The notes beneath the pieces were generated by a model that worked only from the letters and a program-made list of their open reading frames with translations, had not been told where the DNA came from and did no database searches. From Trichormus sp. ATA11-4-KO1 (GTDB taxonomy: Bacteria; Cyanobacteriota; Cyanobacteriia; Cyanobacteriales; Nostocaceae), in NCBI GenBank assembly GCA_019358915.1, contig JAHHIM010000045.1, positions 1-31,884 on the forward strand: a stretch of DNA of 31,884 nt, read 5' to 3'. Of the stretch, positions 27,884-31,884 are shown in pieces. Position 1 is the first letter of the stretch. Each line of letters begins with the position of its first letter. A program made the position numbers and the translations under genes.

Positions 27884-29701
27884 ATGGTAGCACTGGCGAT
27901 TCTGCGTGTTGAAAAATTAAAAACTTTCGGCAAAGTCGGTGGTAGTGAGAAACATACCGCCCGTCTTCAAGATACTCCAAATGCCGACCCCAATAAAAAA
28001 AATATCAGGCTGATTGGCATGGATGATGGTACACCACTAGAAGAATTGGTAAAAACCAAAATAGCCACCAGCACAAAACATAAACCGCGCAAAGATGCAG
28101 TGCTGTGTAGCGATATATTTCTTTCGGCATCCCCAGAATATTTTCGCCCATACAATCCATCACTAGCTGGCGAGTGGGATAACCAAAGAATGAAAGATTT
28201 CGCCAATGCTTCTAAAAATTGGTTGATTTCAAATTACGGTGATAAGTGCGTCAGGGCAGAATTGCACTTAGATGAAGCCACCCCTCACATTCATGCTTAT
28301 ATCGTCCCCATCAACGATAAAACCAAACAACTCAGCCACAAAGCCATGTTTGGCGGTGATGGTCGTGCTGCCAGCATTAAGTTGTCCAAACTCCAAGATA
28401 GTTATGCTGCTGCCCTTGCTCCTTTGGGTATTGAACGAGGGGTAAAAGGCTCTAAGGCAACTCATACCAAAGTTAAGGAATATTACCAAGCAGTCAACAG
28501 CGAACCTCTGAGTTTGGAACTAGAGCGATTTGCACCCCAAACAGGAGAAACAGCGCTGCAATTATATGAGCGCCTTCAGGCTGATAGAGCAATTCAAGAT
28601 ATTAATCATCAGTTGGCTGACCGTGAGATATTGCTGGAACAATTACGCCGCGCTGAACAAAAAGCTCATGCTAGTGAGAAGCTGCGGCAGCAGTTAGAAC
28701 AGCGAGTAGAAGAGTTAGAGAAAGAAAAAATTGCTTGGAACCAGCAAGCAGAAAAGTTGCGGGATTTGCCCCTGGAGGATGTGGCTTGGCAGTTGGGGCT
28801 AGACCGTGACCATAAGCTGCCTCTTAGATGGAGAGGTCACGGTCACATCATTAATATAGATGGCTCAAAGTTCTACGATTTTTCACCGGAACAGCAAAAA
28901 GGCGGCGGTGGTGCAATTGACTTGGTGATGCACGTTAATCAGTGTAATTATCGGCAAGCGACCGCTTGGCTGTATGATGGCTTTGGAGCACTTGGGGCAG
29001 AACGAGCAGCGATCGCCCAGGCTCAGAAGATGACTGCTGAGATTATTCAGTTAGAGCCACGTCCCAAATTCACCCTACCAGTTGAGGACAAAACTAAGTG
29101 GCAGCCAGTTTCTAATTACCTGACCCGGAAACGAGGGATACCATCAAATTTTGTAGAAGTGCTGCATAACCGGGGGCTGGTTTATGCTGATGCCCAACAA
29201 AATGCTGTGTTTGTGATGCGGAATCTTGATGATCAACCCCAGGCTCAAGGTGCATTCCTGCGAGGCACACGCGGAGAAAACAACACTTTCAAAGGCTACG
29301 AGAAAGGGACTAAACGCCGTGATAGCTGGTTTTACTTTCACCTGGGCGGACAGCCAACTGATTCAGTAGAGAAAGTGGTGCTTTTGAAGTCGCCCATCGA
29401 TGTCATATCCTTCGCCATGCTGGAGTATCAAGTTAGAGGCGATGTGCCACCCACGAGAACACTTTACATGGCAGTAGACAGCCCTAACAGCTTGCCACTA
29501 GAGCAATTGCAGCATATTCCTAATGTGCAGGTGGCTTTTGACCCTTCGGGAGCAGGTAATGCAGCTGCACGGGCTGTTAAGGAATTACTGCCACAGTCAA
29601 AGCGGCTCAAGTGCAAGGCGGCAGATTGGAATCAGCAGCTACTCGATTATGGGCAGCAGTTAAAACAACAGCCAAGACAGGAGGAGGATTTGAGTCTTTG
29701 A
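27884..29701 (+). CDS. mobV: MobV/Mob_Pre relaxase fused to DUF3991/Toprim-like C-terminal domains
   Basis: HTAR motif I, SASPEYF, ELHLDEATPHIH HUH motif; YLTRKRGI and KSPIDVISF C-terminal motifs. Confidence 0.92.
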   Translation: MVALAILRVEKLKTFGKVGGSEKHTARLQDTPNADPNKKNIRLIGMDDGTPLEELVKTKIATSTKHKPRKDAVLCSDIFLSASPEYFRPYNPSLAGEWDNQRMKDFANASKNWLISNYGDKCVRAELHLDEATPHIHAYIVPINDKTKQLSHKAMFGGDGRAASIKLSKLQDSYAAALAPLGIERGVKGSKATHTKVKEYYQAVNSEPLSLELERFAPQTGETALQLYERLQADRAIQDINHQLADREILLEQLRRAEQKAHASEKLRQQLEQRVEELEKEKIAWNQQAEKLRDLPLEDVAWQLGLDRDHKLPLRWRGHGHIINIDGSKFYDFSPEQQKGGGGAIDLVMHVNQCNYRQATAWLYDGFGALGAERAAIAQAQKMTAEIIQLEPRPKFTLPVEDKTKWQPVSNYLTRKRGIPSNFVEVLHNRGLVYADAQQNAVFVMRNLDDQPQAQGAFLRGTRGENNTFKGYEKGTKRRDSWFYFHLGGQPTDSVEKVVLLKSPIDVISFAMLEYQVRGDVPPTRTLYMAVDSPNSLPLEQLQHIPNVQVAFDPSGAGNAAARAVKELLPQSKRLKCKAADWNQQLLDYGQQLKQQPRQEEDLSL

Positions 29702-29780
29702 AAGCTGTTTTGTAGTGCAAATGTAGCTTTTAGACCTACTGTGTCAGTTTTGTTAGATGGTATGAGTCTTTCATCTTTGA

Positions 29781-30356
29781 TTATGGTGCGCTCGCCAATA
29801 CACAAAAACCACGCTCTGTCTCCACTAGACGCACTTGAGTGAAGCCTGCACTTGTGATTATCTGAGTCAATCCGGTACTCGCTTGCCCTGAATAAGGAGT
29901 AAAACCCAACGCTATTGTGCCACCCGCCTTCATCACTCGTCGTACTGACCGCAGCCCAATTACGGCATCTGGCCAGACTTGCATGGAGTTAACAGCCAAC
30001 ACTTTATTGAATGTGTTGTCTTCAAACGGTAAACTTTCCACCAACCCCAGCCGTAAATCAACCCTGCCTGCCTCAATCTCTGCCTTGTTCCTCGCTGTAG
30101 CTTGCTCGACCATTTCTTTTGAGTAATCGATGCCTGCGATATATCCGGCTGATGCTAAAGAAGACAGACGCTGAATACCCACTCCAGAGCCAAATCCAAC
30201 TTCCAGCACTTGGTCGTTCGGCTGAATTTCCAGCAAGTCGATGACCGAATAAGTTAATGCTTGGTTCATGGATGCCATGATCATGCCACCCAACCTACCT
30301 AGTAAACCCTTCGGGCGACCAAACATCTGCATGAATATACTGTCTACAATTCTCAT
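29781..30356 (-). CDS. Class I SAM-dependent methyltransferase
   Basis: VLEVGFGSG, GIDYS, LPFEDNTF. Confidence 0.92.
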   Translation of the reverse strand: MRIVDSIFMQMFGRPKGLLGRLGGMIMASMNQALTYSVIDLLEIQPNDQVLEVGFGSGVGIQRLSSLASAGYIAGIDYSKEMVEQATARNKAEIEAGRVDLRLGLVESLPFEDNTFNKVLAVNSMQVWPDAVIGLRSVRRVMKAGGTIALGFTPYSGQASTGLTQIITSAGFTQVRLVETERGFCVLASAP

Positions 30357-30589
30357 CAGTTGTTAATCACCTCCATCCCCCGATGCTTTAATGCTATCTG
30401 CTATTGAGTTCACAACATACTGTTCAAAAATTACTAACAGAGACAACTTTGTAGTGTATATGTATGTTTTGTGTATTTTTTTTGATGGATATCCCTTCAA
30501 AATCAATTTTGGTTCAAAAAAACTTTCAGCTAAAGATGGCGTACTGTGCGAGGAAAAAAGTTTTGAGAAATTTTCCAGATTTTCCCCAA

Positions 30590-30710
30590 AAATGCTACAG
30601 ATTTACCATAAAATTCTCACAAAATTAGTTCTAAGAACTGCTGAGAAATACCACAAATTTACCACAGACCTGCCATAAATTTGCCCGAAAATTACCACAG
30701 AATCGCTGAC
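30590..30710. repeat. Degenerate ~11-bp tandem repeat (AAATTTACCAC-like)
   Basis: ATTTACCATAA, AATACCACAAATTTACCACAGACCTGCCATAAATTTGCCCGAAAATTACCACAG. Confidence 0.55.
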
Positions 30711-30730
30711 CACCTTCGGGGTAAAAATAC

Positions 30731-31450
30731 TCAGTCCTCGATCGCCTCAACACCAAGTTGCTTCAGTCGCTCAAGGTTATCCTTCATGGTCTTGATCGCT
30801 TCTGGGGAGTGCCCCTGCCAATCCATAACCTCGCCCATGACCCGCAGCGGCTCCCGCGAGCGGTATGACTTCGTTGGATTACCTGGGAATTTCTTGTCCG
30901 TCACATTGGGGTCATCCTCGATCGGGCCGATCGGTTCCACGATGTAGATTCTGCCGCGTCCCTCGCCGAGAGCTAGTTCAGCCCCCCAGGTTGCCGCATC
31001 CAAAGTGGCAGCCAGATAAACGTAGGTCGCCTTCTTCCTCTGACCGTAGTTAGAGTGATAACCGGGTTCGATTAGGTCTCCTGGCTTCAGGTCTGCCCGT
31101 GTACCATGATAAAGAGTCCACTCCGTGACCGCTCCCGTGACCCGCAACGGCTCGCGGGAGCGGTATGACATTGACAGATGCTTCGGAAACTTCTGCTCCG
31201 TGAGTTCGGGGGCATTTTCAATCTGACCGATCGGCTCTACGATGTAGACTCTGCCGTGACCTGAGCCGATCGCTAGCTCTGCCCCCCAGATAGCCGCATC
31301 CAGGTTGGGGGTTAGGTAGACATAGGTTGCCATCCTATCCCGCTCACCCACATCCGGGGGATTGCAGGACTCGATCAGGTCTCCTAACTTCAGGTCTGCC
31401 TTTGTACCGTGGTAGAACTGCTGCGAACTCAGATCGTTGATAGCTGCCAT
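30731..31450 (-). CDS. arr: NAD+-rifampin ADP-ribosyltransferase, tandem two-domain form (start MAAIND)
   Basis: Two copies of YHGT.ADLK.GDLI...YVYL...WGAELA...SYRSREPLRV; second copy has canonical EDDPNVTDKKFPGNPTKSYRS; AGGAG SD. Confidence 0.92.
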   Translation of the reverse strand: MAAINDLSSQQFYHGTKADLKLGDLIESCNPPDVGERDRMATYVYLTPNLDAAIWGAELAIGSGHGRVYIVEPIGQIENAPELTEQKFPKHLSMSYRSREPLRVTGAVTEWTLYHGTRADLKPGDLIEPGYHSNYGQRKKATYVYLAATLDAATWGAELALGEGRGRIYIVEPIGPIEDDPNVTDKKFPGNPTKSYRSREPLRVMGEVMDWQGHSPEAIKTMKDNLERLKQLGVEAIED

Positions 31451-31562
31451 CGGCTTGCTCCTTTTACTGTTCGACTGCATTGAAATCACGGGATAGTTAT
31501 AACTCTCCCTGACGACTAATACATCTTTCCAATAGCCGATCGAAAGTTGGTTGCTTTTATTG

Positions 31563-31600
31563 TCATATAAAAATCATATAAAAATCATATAAAAATCATA
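31563..31600. repeat. 11-bp tandem repeat TCATATAAAAA x3.5
   Basis: Exact copies at 31563, 31574 and 31585. Confidence 0.9.
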
Positions 31601-31755
31601 GATTTTGTTGATTAATCAGCCTCAACGGACGATCTCAGGCTACCGATTTACCTTATGTTTACCTTGTAAATACATTAGAGATGCCATTGCAGAACCTTAT
31701 TTTTGACAAAAAAGAAGCATTTTGTAAAAAACGGTGATTTTCAGAGTTGCAAGTT

Positions 31756-31761
31756 CATAGA
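31756..31761 (+). repeat. 6-bp target-site duplication CATAGA (right copy)
   Basis: Immediately precedes TGTTGCGG at 31762; identical to 124-129. Confidence 0.85.
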
Positions 31762-31884
31762 TGTTGCGGCTCGCAAACATAAACGCTCCGGCTTGCAAAC
31801 AAGAAAATTGTTGGCTCACATTAATTGCAAACAGAAAAAGACTTCGGCTCACATTAATTGCAAACAGACTCATTATTATTTACA
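31762..31884 (+). mobile_element. Transposon end (right copy), tip TGTTGCGG at 31762
   Basis: Inverted copy of 1-123: first 72 bp identical, one variant 11/12-bp linker, then 36 bp identical; GGCTCACATTAATTGCAAAC at 31813 and 31846. Confidence 0.85.

Noticed and set aside
30391..30947. Plus-strand ORFs of 95 and 88 aa
   Set aside because: They run through low-complexity repeats or antisense to arr and have no coding support.
2..31884. Whole window as one outward-facing TG...CA transposon carrying the plasmid
   Set aside because: The outer tips mismatch (TGC vs TGT) and are part of a repeat unit. The perfect identity and the CATAGA duplication are at the inner boundaries.

Overview
The window looks like an essentially complete ~31.6-kb plasmid from a filamentous (Nostocales-type) cyanobacterium, judged from frequent HIP1 GCGATCGC octamers, SDR-type HIP1 insertions and an rbp gene with cyanobacterial leader boxes. 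The backbone comprises a DUF3854/TOPRIM primase-D5/SF3 helicase Rep with an iteron-like array inside its own ORF, a probable antisense-RNA leader, a small RHH repressor, ParA plus a small partner, an HNH plus tyrosine recombinase with a 13-6-13 site, a MobV relaxase, and an uncharacterised operon ending in a membrane P-loop ATPase. Cargo includes a split nuclease-STAND (Avs-like) defence system, a PIN/UPF0175 TA pair, an RRM RNA-binding protein, an AraC-linked hydrolase/SnoaL/aldo-keto reductase cluster, DoxX, a methyltransferase and a tandem two-domain rifampin ADP-ribosyltransferase. The most striking feature is at the ends. Both termini are near-identical 123-bp transposon-type ends (TGTTGCGG... 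plus arrays of TTGCAAAC-containing repeats) whose tips face inward and abut a 6-bp direct repeat, CATAGA. The plasmid circle was therefore opened at one site by a pair of almost identical transposon ends. This fits linearisation by telomeric transposons, or a contig broken at a multicopy element. No transposase or protelomerase is encoded in the window.
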